A stretch of DNA of 64,000 nt from the human T2T-CHM13v2.0 reference genome, Homo sapiens, in the NCBI RefSeq assembly GCF_009914755.1, contig NC_060940.1. One strand, 5' to 3'. The position numbers were made by a program, and so were the translations under genes. A model generated the notes under the pieces. The model saw nothing but the letters and a program-made list of their open reading frames with translations, made no database searches and had not been told where the DNA came from. Below are positions 42,706-58,600 of this stretch, piece by piece; position 1 is the stretch's first letter; the number at the start of each line of letters is the position of its first letter.

Positions 42706-45700
42706 TCCATTTGATGATTTCATTTGATTCCATTCGTTAATGATTTCGATCAATTCCATTCGATGATTCCATTCGATTCCATTCGATAATGATTACATCC
42801 GAGTCCATTCGATGATTCCCTTTGAGCCCGTTCGATAATTCCATTTGAGTCCAACCAATGATTCCATTCATTTCCATTCAATGATTCCATTCGAGTCCAT
42901 TTGATCATTCCGGTAGGGTCCATTCGATGTTGATTCCATTGGAGTGCATTCGATGATTCCATTCGAGTCCATTTTAGGATTTGATTCGAGTCCTTTCGAC
43001 GATTCCATTCGATTCCACTCGATGATGATTTCATTCGAGTCCATTCGACACTTCCAATCGATTCCATTTGATGATTCCATTCGAGTCCAATTGATGATTC
43101 CATTCAATTCCATTCGATGATGATTCCGTACGATTCCATTCTGTGATGATTCCATGTGATTGCATTCAATGATGATTCCTTTCGATTGCATTCGATTATG
43201 ATTCATTTCGTGTTCATTCTATGGTTCCACAGGTTTCCATTCGTGTCCATTCCATTATTCCATTCTATTCCATTTGATGATGATTCCATTCGATTCCATT
43301 CATTGGTGATTCCACTCAATTCCATTCAATGATTCCATTCCATTTCTTTCAACAATGATTCCATTAGTTTCTAATCGATGATCCACTTGATTCCATTTGA
43401 CGACGATTCCATTCTTGTCCATTCGATGATTCCATTTGATTCCATATGATGATGATTCCATTCGATTCCATACCATGATGATTCCATTCGAGTCCATTCA
43501 ATGGTGATTCCATTCAATTCCATTCGATGATTCCTTTTGATTCCATTCGATGATGATGGCATTCGATTCCTTTCAATCATTCCCTTTGATTCCATTCAAA
43601 GGTGATTTCATTCAAGTCCATTCGATAATTGCATTCGATTCCATTCTATGATGATTCCATTCGAGTCCATTTGATGATTCCATTCAATTCAAGTCAATGA
43701 TGATTCCATTCGATTCCATTCGATGATTCCATTGGATTCCATTCGATGATGATTCCATTCAAATCCATTCGATAATTCAATTCAAGTCCATTCGATGATG
43801 ATTCCAATCGAATCCATTCAAAGATTCCATTCAGTTCCATTCGATGATTCCCTTAGATTCCATTCGATGATTCCACTTGATTGCATTTACGATGATTCCA
43901 TTCGATTCCATGTGATGATTCCATTCAATTCTATTCAATGATGTCTCCATTTGATTCCATTCGACCATGATTGCCTTTGATTCCATTCAATGATTCCATT
44001 CGGTTCCGTTTGATGATGATTCCGTTCGATTCCATTTGATGATTCCATTTGATTCCATTGGATGAGTCCATTCGATTACATTCGATGATTATTCCATTCG
44101 AGTGCATTAGATGATTCCATTCGAGTCCATTCGATGATTCCATTCGATTCCATTCAATGTTGATTCTGTTCAAATCCATTCGATGATTCCACTCGATTCC
44201 ATTCGTTGACTCCATTTGATCCCATTCGATGATTTCCTTTGATTCCCTTTGATGATCATTCCATTTGATTCAATTCGGTGATTTCATTTGATTCCATTCA
44301 GTGATGTTTCCATTCCACTCCATTCGATGATGATTCCATTCGACTCCATTCGATTATGATTTCATTCAATTCCATTCGATAATGATTCCCTTCGAGTCCA
44401 TTCGATGATTCCATTCGATTCCATTCAACGATGATTTGATTCGTGTCCATTCGATGATTCCATTTGATTCCACTTGATGATGATTCCATTCGAGTCCATT
44501 TGATGATTCCATTCAATTCCATACTCCGATGATTTCTTTTGAGCCCACTCAATGCTTCCACTCGATTCCATATGATGATGACTCCATTCGATGAAATTCG
44601 ATGATGATTCCATTCGCTTGCTTTCGATGATGATTCCACTTGAGTCCGTTAGAAGATTCTATTCAATTACATTCCATGACGATTCCGTTCGAGTCCATTT
44701 GATGATTCCATTAGACTCCATTCGACGATGATTCCATTCGATGTTATTCGATGATTCCATTCGATCTCATTCGATGATGATTCCATTCAACTCCATTCGA
44801 TGTTTCCATTCGAGTTCATTCTATTATTCCATTAGATTCCATTCGATGATGATTCCATTCGATTCCATTTGATGATTGCATTCTACTTCATTTGATGATG
44901 ATTCCATTCGAGTCCACTCGATGATTCCATTCGAGTCCATTTAATGAATCCATTGGTTTCAATTCTATGATGATTACATTGGATTCCATTCGTTGATGAT
45001 TTCATTCGGTTCCATTCAATGATGATTCCATTCAATTCCTTTCAATGTTTCCATTCAATTCCATACGATGATGATTCCATTTGATTTGATTCGACAGTGA
45101 GCCATTCGATTCAATTCCATGATGATTCTATTTGATTCAATTGGTTGACATTTCCATTCGATTCCATTCGATGATGATTCCCTTTGATTCCGTTCAAAGA
45201 TGATTCCATTCTAGCCCATTCAATCATTCCATTCGATTCTATTCAATGATGATTCCATTCATGTCGATTTGGTGATTCCATTTGACTTCATTTGATGATG
45301 ATTCCTTTCAAGTTCATTAGATGATTCCATTCGATTCCATTTGATGATGATCCCATTCGAGTCCATTCAGTGATTCCATTCGTTTCCATTCCATGATGAT
45401 TCCATTCCTTTCCATTCAATGATTCCATTCGATTCCGTTTGATGATGATTTCATTCGAGTCCATTTGATGATTCCATTTGATTCCATTCGATGATGATTC
45501 CATTCGAGTCCATTCGATGATTCTATTCGAATCCATTTGATGATTTCTTTTGATTATATTTGGTGATGATTCCATTGGAGTCCATTCAATGATTCCATTC
45601 TATTCCAATCGATGATGATTCCATTAGAGTCCATTTAATGATTCCATTTGATTCCAGTCTCTGATGATTACATTCGAGTCCATACGATGATTCCACTCAA

Positions 45701-48700
45701 TTCCATATGATGATGATTCCATTTGATTCCATTCGGTGATTCCATTCTATTCTATTCAATGGTGATTCCATTCGAGTACATTAGATGATTCCATTCGATT
45801 CCATTCAATGATGATTCTATTTGTGTCCCTTAGATGATTCCACATGATTCCATTAGATGATGATACTATTTGAGCCCATCCAATGATTCCCTTCGATTCC
45901 ATTCGATGAGGATTCCATTCGATTCAATTCATTGGTGATTCTATTCAATTCAATTCTTTGATTCCATTCCATTCCATTCGACAATGATTCCATTCGATTT
46001 CTTTCGATGATTCCACTCGATTCCACTTGACATTGATTCCATTCGATTCCATTCAATGATTCCATTTGATTCCAGTGGATGATGATTGCCATCGATTCCA
46101 TTCGATCACTCCATTCTATTCCATTTGATGATGATTACATTCGATTCCATTTGATGATTCCATCTGATTCTATTCGAGGATTCCATTTGATTCCATTCGA
46201 TGATGATTCCATTCGAGTCCATTCGATGATTTCATTCGAGTACATCCAATGATTCCATTCGAGTCCATTAGATGATTCCATTTGATTCCATTTGAAAATG
46301 ATTCTACTAGAGTCCATTCAATGACTCCATTCGAGTCCATTCAACAATTCCATTCGACTCCATTCGATGATTCCATTCGATTCCATTTGATGGTTCCATT
46401 CGAGTCCATTTAATCATTACAGTCGAATCCATTTGGTGATTCCACTGGATTTCTTTTGATAATGATACCATTCAATTACATTTGATGATGATCCCATTCA
46501 GTTTCATTTGATGATGATTCCATTAGAGTCCATTCGATGATTTCATTCGAGTCCCTTCATTGATTCCATCCGATTTCATTGGATGATGACTCCATTCGAG
46601 TCCATTCGATGATTCCACTCGATTCCATTAGATGACTCCATTGGAGTCCATTTGATTGTTCCATTCGATTCCATTCGATTCCTTTCGAAGATTATTCCAT
46701 TTGAGTCCATTCGATGATGATTCCATTCCATTCCATTCGATGATTCCGTTTGATTCCATTCGATGATTCCCTTCGATTCCTTTCTTTGATGATTCCATTC
46801 CGTTCCATTCAATGATTCCATTCGAATCTATTCCATGATGATTCCTTTCGATTCCATTCGCTGATGTTTCCGTTCAATTCCATTCGATGATGATTCCATT
46901 CGATTCCATTCATTGAGGATTCCATTTGATTCCATTCAATGATGATTCCATTCTATTCCATTCAATGATTGCATTCAATTCCATTCAATGATTATCCCAT
47001 TAGAGTAAACTCAACGATTCCATTCAATACCATTCGATGATGATTCCTTTTGAGTCCATTCAATGATTTCATTCAAGTCCATTTGATGATTCCTTTCAAT
47101 TCCATTCTATGATGATTCCATTCGAGTCCATTCGATGATTCCATTCGATTGCATTCGATGATTCCATTATATTCCATTCAACGGTGATTCCATTCGAGTC
47201 CATTCCATGATTCCATTAGAGTACATTTAATGATTGCTTTGTTTTCAATTCGAAGATGATTACATTGGATTCCATTCTATGATACCATTCGATTCCATTC
47301 AATGATGATTCCACTCAAATCCATTGGATGATTCCATTCGTGTCCATTCGGTGATTTCATTAGATTCCATTCGAGGATGATTCCATTCGATTCCATTCGA
47401 TGATTCCATTCAATTCCATTCGATGATGATTCCATTCCAGTCCATATGATCATTCCATTTGATTTCATTCGATGATGATTCCATTCGATTCGATTCGACG
47501 ATTCCATTCTATTCCATTCGATGATGATTCCATTCGAGTCCATTCGATGATTGCATTCGAGTCCATTTAATGATTCCATTGGGTTCAATTCAATGATGAT
47601 TACATTGGATTCCGTTCTATGATTCCATTCAATTCCGTTCATTGACAATTTGATTCCATTCGATGATGATTCCATTTGAGTTCATTCGATGATTCTATTC
47701 GATTCTCTTCGATGGTGATTCAATTCTATTATATTGGATGATTCCATTCGATTCCATTTGATGTTGATTCAATTCGATTCTATTCGATGATGATTCCATT
47801 GGATTTCACTTGATGATTGTATTCGATTCCATTCAATGATGATTCACTTCTCGTCCATTGGATGATTCCATTTCATTCCATTCGATGATGATTCCATTCG
47901 ATTCCATTCGATGATTCCATTTGATTCCATGCGACGGTGAGCAATTCGATTCAATTCCATGATGATTCTATTTGATTCAATTAGATGATGTTTCCATTCG
48001 AATCCATTCCATGATTATTCCATTGGAATCCATTTGGCGATGATTCCATATGAGTCAATTCAATGATGATTCCATATGGGTCCGTTCGATGATAATTCCA
48101 TTTGATTTCATTCGATGCTTCTATTCTATTCCAGTCGATGATGATTCCGTTGGAGTCCATACGATGATTCCATTTGATTTCATTTGATGATGATTCCATT
48201 CGATGATGATTACATTGGATTCCATTCTATGATTCCATTCAATTCCATTCGTTGATGATTCGATTCCATTCAATGATGATTCCATTTGAGTTCATTCGAT
48301 GATTCTATTCGATTCCGTTCGATGGTGATTCAATTCTTTTATATTGGATGATTCCACTCGATTCCATTTGATGATTATTCCATTGGAGTCCACTTAGTGA
48401 ATCCTTTAGATTCTACTCGACGATGATTCCATTCGAGTCCATTCGATGATACCATTCAATTCCATTCGTTGATGCTTCCATTCAAGTGCATTCGATGATA
48501 TCATTCGATTCCATTTGATGATAATTCCATTTGATTCCATGCGATGATTCTATTCGATTCCATTCAATGATAATTCCATTCAATTCAGTGATTCCTCTGG
48601 ACTCCATTTGATGATGATTCCATTCAATGATTCCATTCGATTCTATTCGAAAATGATTCCATTTGAATCCATTTGATGATGATTCCATTAGATTCCATTT

Positions 48701-48817
48701 GATGATTCCATTCGATTCCATTCGACGATGATTCCATTCGATTCCGTTTGATGATTCCATTCTATTCTATTCGATGATGATTCCATTCGATTCCATTCGA
48801 TGATGATTGGATTCGAT
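42706..48817 (+). repeat. Higher-order unit 8 (6112 bp), near-identical to unit 7
   Basis: Anchors 42750 to 48862. Confidence 0.93.
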
Positions 48818-51800
48818 TCCATTTGATGATTTCATTTGATTCCATTCGTTAATGATTTCGATCAATTCCATTCGATGATTCCATTCGATTCCATTCGATA
48901 ATGATTACATCCGAGTCCATTCGATGATTCCCTTTGAGCCCGTTCGATAATTCCATTTGAGTCCAACCAATGATTCCATTCATTTCCATTCAATGATTCC
49001 ATTCGAGTCCATTTGATCATTCCGGTAGGGTCCATTCGATGTTGATTCCATTGGAGTGCATTCGATGATTCCATTCGAGTCCATTTTAGGATTTGATTCG
49101 AGTCCTTTCGACGATTCCATTCGATTCCACTCGATGATGATTTCATTCGAGTCCATTCGACACTTCCAATCGATTCCATTTGATGATTCCATTCGAGTCC
49201 AATTGATGATTCCATTCAATTCCATTCGATGATGATTCCGTACGATTCCATTCTGTGATGATTCCATGTGATTGCATTCAATGATGATTCCTTTCGATTG
49301 CATTCGATTATGATTCATTTCGTGTTCATTCTATGGTTCCACAGGTTTCCATTCGTGTCCATTCCATTATTCCATTCTATTCCATTTGATGATGATTCCA
49401 TTCGATTCCATTCATTGGTGATTCCACTCAATTCCATTCAATGATTCCATTCCATTTCTTTCAACAATGATTCCATTAGTTTCTAATCGATGATCCACTT
49501 GATTCCATTTGACGACGATTCCATTCTTGTCCATTCGATGATTCCATTTGATTCCATATGATGATGATTCCATTCGATTCCATACCATGATGATTCCATT
49601 CGAGTCCATTCAATGGTGATTCCATTCAATTCCATTCGATGATTCCTTTTGATTCCATTCGATGATGATGGCATTCGATTCCTTTCAATCATTCCCTTTG
49701 ATTCCATTCAAAGGTGATTTCATTCAAGTCCATTCGATAATTGCATTCGATTCCATTCTATGATGATTCCATTCGAGTCCATTTGATGATTCCATTCAAT
49801 TCAAGTCAATGATGATTCCATTCGATTCCATTCGATGATTCCATTGGATTCCATTCGATGATGATTCCATTCAAATCCATTCGATAATTCAATTCAAGTC
49901 CATTCGATGATGATTCCAATCGAATCCATTCAAAGATTCCATTCAGTTCCATTCGATGATTCCCTTAGATTCCATTCGATGATTCCACTTGATTGCATTT
50001 ACGATGATTCCATTCGATTCCATGTGATGATTCCATTCAATTCTATTCAATGATGTCTCCATTTGATTCCATTCGACCATGATTGCCTTTGATTCCATTC
50101 AATGATTCCATTCGGTTCCGTTTGATGATGATTCCGTTCGATTCCATTTGATGATTCCATTTGATTCCATTGGATGAGTCCATTCGATTACATTCGATGA
50201 TTATTCCATTCGAGTGCATTAGATGATTCCATTCGAGTCCATTCGATGATTCCATTCGATTCCATTCAATGTTGATTCTGTTCAAATCCATTCGATGATT
50301 CCACTCGATTCCATTCGTTGACTCCATTTGATCCCATTCGATGATTTCCTTTGATTCCCTTTGATGATCATTCCATTTGATTCAATTCGGTGATTTCATT
50401 TGATTCCATTCAGTGATGTTTCCATTCGACTCCATTCGATGATGATTCCATTCGACTCCATTCGATTATGATTTCATTCAATTCCATTCGATAATGATTC
50501 CCTTCGAGTCCATTCGATGATTCCATTCGATTCCATTCAACGATGATTTGATTCGTGTCCATTCGATGATTCCATTTGATTCCACTTGATGATGATTCCA
50601 TTCGAGTCCATTTGATGATTCCATTCAATTCCATACTCCGATGATTTCTTTTGAGCCCACTCAATGCTTCCACTCGATTCCATATGATGATGACTCCATT
50701 CGATGAAATTCGATGATGATTCCATTCGCTTGCTTTCGATGATGATTCCACTTGAGTCCGTTAGAAGATTCTATTCAATTACATTCCATGACGATTCCGT
50801 TCGAGTCCATTTGATGATTCCATTAGACTCCATTCGACGATGATTCCATTCGATGTTATTCGATGATTCCATTCGATCTCATTCGATGATGATTCCATTC
50901 AACTCCATTCGATGTTTCCATTCGAGTTCATTCTATTATTCCATTAGATTCCATTCGATGATGATTCCATTCGATTCCATTTGATGATTGCATTCTATTT
51001 CATTTGATGATGATTCCATTCGAGTCCACTCGATGATTCCATTCGAGTCCATTTAATGAATCCATTGGTTTCAATTCTATGATGATTACATTGGATTCCA
51101 TTCGTTGATGATTTCATTCGGTTCCATTCAATGATGATTCCATTCAATTCCTTTCAATGTTTCCATTCAATTCCATACGATGATGATTCCATTTGATTTG
51201 ATTCGACAGTGAGCCATTCGATTCAATTCCATGATGATTCTATTTGATTCAATTGGTTGACATTTCCATTCGATTCCATTCGATGATGATTCCCTTTGAT
51301 TCCGTTCAAAGATGATTCCATTCTAGCCCATTCAATCATTCCATTCGATTCTATTCAATGATGATTCCATTCATGTCGATTTGGTGATTCCATTTGACTT
51401 CATTTGATGATGATTCCTTTCAAGTTCATTAGATGATTCCATTCGATTCCATTTGATGATGATCCCATTCGAGTCCATTCAGTGATTCCATTCGTTTCCA
51501 TTCCATGATGATTCCATTCCTTTCCATTCAATGATTCCATTCGATTCCGTTTGATGATGATTTCATTCGAGTCCATTTGATGATTCCATTTGATTCCATT
51601 CGATGATGATTCCATTCGAGTCCATTCGATGATTCTATTCGAATCCATTTGATGATTTCTTTTGATTATATTTGGTGATGATTCCATTGGAGTCCATTCA
51701 ATGATTCCATTCTATTCCAATCGATGATGATTCCATTAGAGTCCAGTTAATGATTCCATTTGATTCCAGTCTCTGATGATTACATTCGAGTCCATACGAT

Positions 51801-54800
51801 GATTCCACTCAATTCCATATGATGATGATTCCATTTGATTCCATTCGGTGATTCCATTCTATTCTATTCAATGGTGATTCCATTCGAGTACATTAGATGA
51901 TTCCATTCGATTCCATTCAATGATGATTCTATTTGTGTCCCTTAGATGATTCCACATGATTCCATTAGATGATGATACTATTTGAGCCCATCCAATGATT
52001 CCCTTCGATTCCATTCGATGAGGATTCCATTCGATTCAATTCATTGGTGATTCTATTCAATTCAATTCTTTGATTCCATTCCATTCCATTCGACAATGAT
52101 TCCATTCGATTTCTTTCGATGATTCCACTCGATTCCACTTGACATTGATTCCATTCGATTCCATTCAATGATTCCATTTGATTCCAGTGGATGATGATTG
52201 CCATCGATTCCATTCGATCACTCCATTCTATTCCATTTGATGATGATTACATTCGATTCCATTTGATGATTCCATCTGATTCTATTCGAGGATTCCATTT
52301 GATTCCATTCGATGATGATTCCATTCGAGTCCATTCGATGATTTCATTCCAGTACATCCAATGATTCCATTCGAGTCCATTAGATGATTCCATTTGATTC
52401 CATTTGAAAATGATTCTACTAGAGTCCATTCAAAGACTCCATTCGAGTCCATTCAACAATTCCATTCGACTCCATTCGATGATTCCATTCGATTCCATTT
52501 GATGGTTCCATTCGAGTCCATTTAATCATTACAGTCGAGTCCATTTGGTGATTCCACTGGATTTCTTTTGATAATGATACCATTCAATTACATTTGATGA
52601 TGATCCCATTCAACTTCATTTGATGATGATTCCATTAGAGTCCATTCGATGATTTCATTCGAGTCCCTTCATTGATTCCATCCGATTTCATTGGATGATG
52701 ACTCCATTCGAGTCCATTCGATGATTCCACTCGATTCCATTAGATGACTCCATTGGAGTCCATTTGATTGTTCCATTCGATTCCATTCGATTCCTTTCGA
52801 AGATTATTCCATTTGAGTCCATTCGATGATGATTCCATTCCATTCCATTCGATGATTCCGTTTGATTCCATTCGATGATTCCCTTCGATTCCTTTCTTTG
52901 ATGATTCCATTCCATTCCATTCAATGATTCCATTCGAATCTATTCCATGATGATTCCTTTCGATTCCATTCGCTGATGTTTCCGTTCAATTCCATTCGAT
53001 GATGATTCCATTCGATTCCATTCAATGATTGCATTCAATTCCATTCAATGATTATCCCATTAGAGTAAACTCAATGATTCCATTCAATACCATTCGATGA
53101 TGATTCCTTTTGAGTCCATTCAATGATTTCATTCAAGTCCATTTGATGATTCCTTTCAATTCCATTCTATGATGATTCCATTCGAGTCCATTCAACAATT
53201 CCATTCGACTCCATTCGATGATTCCATTCGATTCCATTTGATGGTTCCATTCGAGTCCATTTAATCATTACAGTCGAGTCCATTTGGTGATTCCACTGGA
53301 TTTCTTTTGATAATGATACCATTCAATTACATTTGATGATGATCCCATTCAACTTCATTTGATGATGATTCCATTAGAGTCCATTCGATGATTTCATTCG
53401 AGTCCCTTCATTGATTCCATCCGATTTCATTGGATGATGACTCCATTCGAGTCCATTAGATGATTCCACTCGATTCCATTAGATGACTCCATTGGAGTCC
53501 ATTTGATTGTTCCATTCGATTCCATTCGATTCCTTTCGAAGATTATTCCATTTGAGTCCATTCGATGATGATTCCATTCCATTCCATTCGATGATTCCGT
53601 TTGATTCCATTCGATGATTCCCTTCGATTCCTTTCTTTGATGATTCCATTCCATTCCATTCAATGATTCCATTCGAATCTATTCCATGATGATTCCTTTC
53701 GATTCCATTCGCTGATGTTTCCGTTCAATTCCATTCGATGATGATTCCATTCGATTCCATTCAATGATTGCATTCAATTCCATTCAATGATTATCCCATT
53801 AGAGTAAACTCAACGATTCCATTCAATACCATTCGATGATGATTCCTTTTGAGTCCATTCAATGATTTCATTCAAGTCCATTTGATGATTCCTTTCAATT
53901 CCATTCTATGATGATTCCATTCGAGTCCATTCGATGATTCCATTCGATTGCATTCGATGATTCCATTATATTCCATTCAACGGTGTTTCCATTCGAGTCC
54001 ATTCCATGATTCCATTAGAGTACATTTAATGATTGCTTTGTTTTCAATTCGAAGATGATTACATTGGATTCCATTCTATGATACCATTCGATTCCATTCA
54101 ATGATGATTCCACTCAAATCCATTGGATGATTCCATTCGTGTCCATTCGGTGATTTCATTAGATTCCATTCGAGGATGATTCCATTCGATTCCATTCGAT
54201 GATTCCATTCAATTCCATTCGATGATGATTCCATTCCAGTCCATATGATCATTCCATTTGATTTCATTCGATGATGATTCCATTCGATTCCATTCGACGA
54301 TTCCATTCTATTCCATTCGATGATGATTCCATTCGAGTCCATTCGATGATTCCATTCGAGTCCATTTAATGATTCCATTGGGTTCAATTCAATGATGATT
54401 ACATTGGATTCCGTTCTATGATTCCATTCAATTCCGTTCATTGACAATTTGATTCCATTCGATGATGATTCCATTTGAGTTCATTCGATGATTCTATTCG
54501 ATTCTCTTCGATGGTGATTCAATTCTATTATATTGGATGATTCCATTCGATTCCATTTGATGTTGATTCAATTCGATTCTATTCGATGATGATTCCATTG
54601 GATTTCACTTGATGATTCTATTCGATTCCATTCAATGATGATTCACTTCTCGTCCATTGGATGATTCCATTTCATTCCATTCGATGATGATTCCATTCGA
54701 TTCCATTCGATGATTCCATTTGATTCCATGCGACGGTGAGCAATTCGATTCAATTCCATGATGATTCTATTTGATTCAATTAGATGATGTTTCCATTCGA

Positions 54801-55616
54801 ATCCATTCCATGATTATTCCATTGGAATCCATTCGGCGATGATTCCATATGAGTCAATTCAATGATGATTCCATATGGGTCCGTTCGATGATAATTCCAT
54901 TTGATTTCATTCGATGCTTCTATTCTATTCCAGTCGATGATGATTCCGTTGGTGTCCATACGATGATTCCATTTGATTTCATTTGATGATGATTCCATTC
55001 GATGATGATTACATTGGATTCCATTCTATGATTCCATTCAATTCCATTCGTTGATGATTCGATTCCATTCAATGATGATTCCATTTGAGTTCATTCGATG
55101 ATTCTATTCGATTCCGTTCGATGGTGATTCAATTCTATTATATTGGATGATTCCACTCGATTCCATTTGATGATTATTCCATTGGAGTCCACTTAGTGAA
55201 TCCTTTAGATTCTACTCGACGATGATTCCATTCGAGTCCGTTCGATGATACCATTCAATTCCATTCGTTGATGCTTCCATTCAAGTGCATTCGATGATAT
55301 CATTCGATTCCATTTGATGATAATTCCATTTGATTCCATGCGATGATTCTATTCGATTCCATTCAATGATAATTCCATTCAATTCAGTGATTCCTCTGGA
55401 CTCCATTTGATGATGATTCCATTCAATGATTCCATTCGATTCTATTCGAAAATGATTCCATTTGAATCCATTTGATGATGATTCCATTAGATTCCATTTG
55501 ATGATTCCATTCGATTCCATTCGACGATGATTCCATTCGATTCCGTTTGATGATTCCATTCTATTCTATTCGATGATGATTCCATTCGATTCCATTCGAT
55601 GATGATTGGATTCGAT
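48818..55616 (+). repeat. Higher-order unit 9 (6799 bp = 6112 - 52 + 739)
   Basis: Anchors 48862 to 55661; the same 81-aa ORF appears twice, at 52688 and 53427. Confidence 0.93.
52455..53932 (+). repeat. 739-bp direct tandem duplication inside unit 9 (52455-53193, 53194-53932)
   Basis: At 53194 the sequence jumps back to AACAATTCCATTCGACTCC (= 52455). TCCATTCGAGTCCATTC lies at 52438, 53177 and 53916. Confidence 0.92.
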
Positions 55617-58600
55617 TCCATTTGATGATTTCATTTGATTCCATTCGTTAATGATTTCGATCAATTCCATTCGATGATTCCATTCGATTCCATTCGATAA
55701 TGATTACATCCGAGTCCATTCGATGATTCCCTTTGAGCCTGTTCGATAATTCCATTTGAGTCCAACCAATGATTCCATTCATTTCCATTCAATGATTCCA
55801 TTCGAGTCCATTTGATCATTCCGGTAGGGTCCATTCGATGTTGATTCCATTGGAGTGCATTCGATGATTCCATTCGAGTCCATTTTAGGATTTGATTCGA
55901 GTCCTTTCGACGATTCCATTCGATTCCACTCGATGATGATTTCATTCGAGTCCATTCGACACTTCCAATCGATTCCATTTGATGATTCCATTCGAGTCCA
56001 ATTGATGATTCCATTCAATTCCATTCGATGATGATTCCGTACGATTCCATTCTGTGATGATTCCATGTGATTGCATTCAATGATGATTCCTTTCGATTGC
56101 ATTCGATTATGATTCATTTCGTGTTCATTCTATGGTTCCACAGGTTTCCATTCGTGTCCATTCCATTATTCCATTCTATTCCATTTGATGATGATTCCAT
56201 TCGATTCCATTCATTGGTGATTCCACTCAATTCCATTCAATGATTCCATTCCATTTCTTTCAACAATGATTCCATTAGTTTCTAATCGATGATCCACTTG
56301 ATTCCATTTGACGACGATTCCATTCTTGTCCATTCGATGATTCCATTTGATTCCATATGATGATGATTCCATTCGATTCCATACCATGATGATTCCATTG
56401 GAGTCCATTCAATGGTGATTCCATTCAATTCCATTCGATGATTCCTTTTGATTCCATTCGATGATGATGGCATTCGATTCCTTTCAATCATTCCCTTTGA
56501 TTCCATTCAAAGGTGATTTCATTCAAGTCCATTCGATAATTGCATTCGATTCCATTCTATGATGATTCCATTCGAGTCCATTTGATGATTCCATTCAGTT
56601 CAAGTCAATGATGATTCCATTCGATTCCATTCGATGATTCCATTGGATTCCATTCGATGATGATTCCATTCAAATCCATTCGATAATTCAATTCAAGTCC
56701 ATTCGATGATGATTCCAATCGAATCCATTCAAAGATTCCATTCAGTTCCATTCGATGATTCCCTTAGATTCCATTCGATGATTCCACTTGATTGCATTTA
56801 CGATGATTCCATTCGATTCCATGTGATGATTCCATTCAATTCTATTCAATGATGTCTCCATTTGATTCCATTCGACCATGATTGCCTTTGATTCCATTCA
56901 ATGATTCCATTCGGTTCCGTTTGATGATGATTCCGTTCGATTCCATTTGATGATTCCATTTGATTCCATTGGATGAGTCCATTCGATTACATTCGATGAT
57001 TATTCCATTCGAGTGCATTAGATGATTCCATTCGAGTCCATTCGATGATTCCACTCGATTCCATTCGTTGACTCCATTTGATCCCATTCGATGATTTCCT
57101 TTGATTCCCTTTGATGATCATTCCATTTGATTCAATTCGGTGATTTCATTTGATTCCATTCAGTGATGTTTCCATTCCACTCCATTCGATGATGATTCCA
57201 TTCGACTCCATTCGATTATGATTTCATTCAATTCCATTCGATAATGATTCCCTTCGAGTCCATTCGATGATTCCATTCGATTCCATTCAACGATGATTTG
57301 ATTCGTGTCCATTCGATGATTCCATTTGATTCCACTTGATGATGATTCCATTCGAGTCCATTTGATGATTCCATTCAATTCCATACTCCGATGATTTCTT
57401 TTGAGCCCACTCAATGCTTCCACTCGATTCCATATGATGATGACTCCATTCGATGAAATTCGATGATGATTCCATTCGCTTGCTTTCGATGATGATTCCA
57501 CTTGAGTCCGTTAGAAGATTCTATTCAATTACATTCCATGACGATTCCGTTCGAGTCCATTTGATGATTCCATTAGACTCCATTCGACGATGATTCCATT
57601 CGATGTTATTCGATGATTCCATTCGATCTCATTCGATGATGATTCCATTCAACTCCATTCGATGTTTCCATTCGAGTTCATTCTATTATTCCATTAGATT
57701 CCATTCGATGATGATTCCATTCGATTCCATTTGATGATTGCATTCTACTTCATTTGATGATGATTCCATTCGAGTCCACTCGATGATTCCATTCGAGTCC
57801 ATTTAATGAATCCATTGGTTTCAATTCTATGATGATTACATTGGATTCCATTCGTTGATGATTTCATTCGGTTCCATTCAATGATGATTCCATTCAATTC
57901 CTTTCAATGTTTCCATTCAATTCCATACGATGATGATTCCATTTGATTTGATTCGACAGTGAGCCATTCGATTCAATTCCATGATGATTCTATTTGATTC
58001 AATTGGTTGACATTTCCATTCGATTCCATTCGATGATGATTCCCTTTGATTCCGTTCAAAGATGATTCCATTCTAGCCCATTCAATCATTCCATTCGATT
58101 CTATTCAATGATGATTCCATTCATGTCGATTTGGTGATTCCATTTGACTTCATTTGATGATGATTCCTTTCAAGTTCATTAGATGATTCCATTCGATTCC
58201 ATTTGATGATGATCCCATTCGAGTCCATTCAGTGATTCCATTCGTTTCCATTCCATGATGATTCCATTCCTTTCCATTCAATGATTCCATTCGATTCCGT
58301 TTGATGATGATTTCATTCGAGTCCATTTGATGATTCCATTTGATTCCATTCGATGATGATTCCATTCGAGTCCATTCGATGATTCTATTCGAATCCATTT
58401 GATGATTTCTTTTGATTATATTTGGTGATGATTCCATTGGAGTCCATTCAATGATTCCATTCTATTCCAATCGATGATGATTCCATTAGAGTCCATTTAA
58501 TGATTCCATTTGATTCCAGTCTCTGATGATTACATTCGAGTCCATACGATGATTCCACTCAATTCCATATGATGATGATTCCATTTGATTCCATTCGGTG

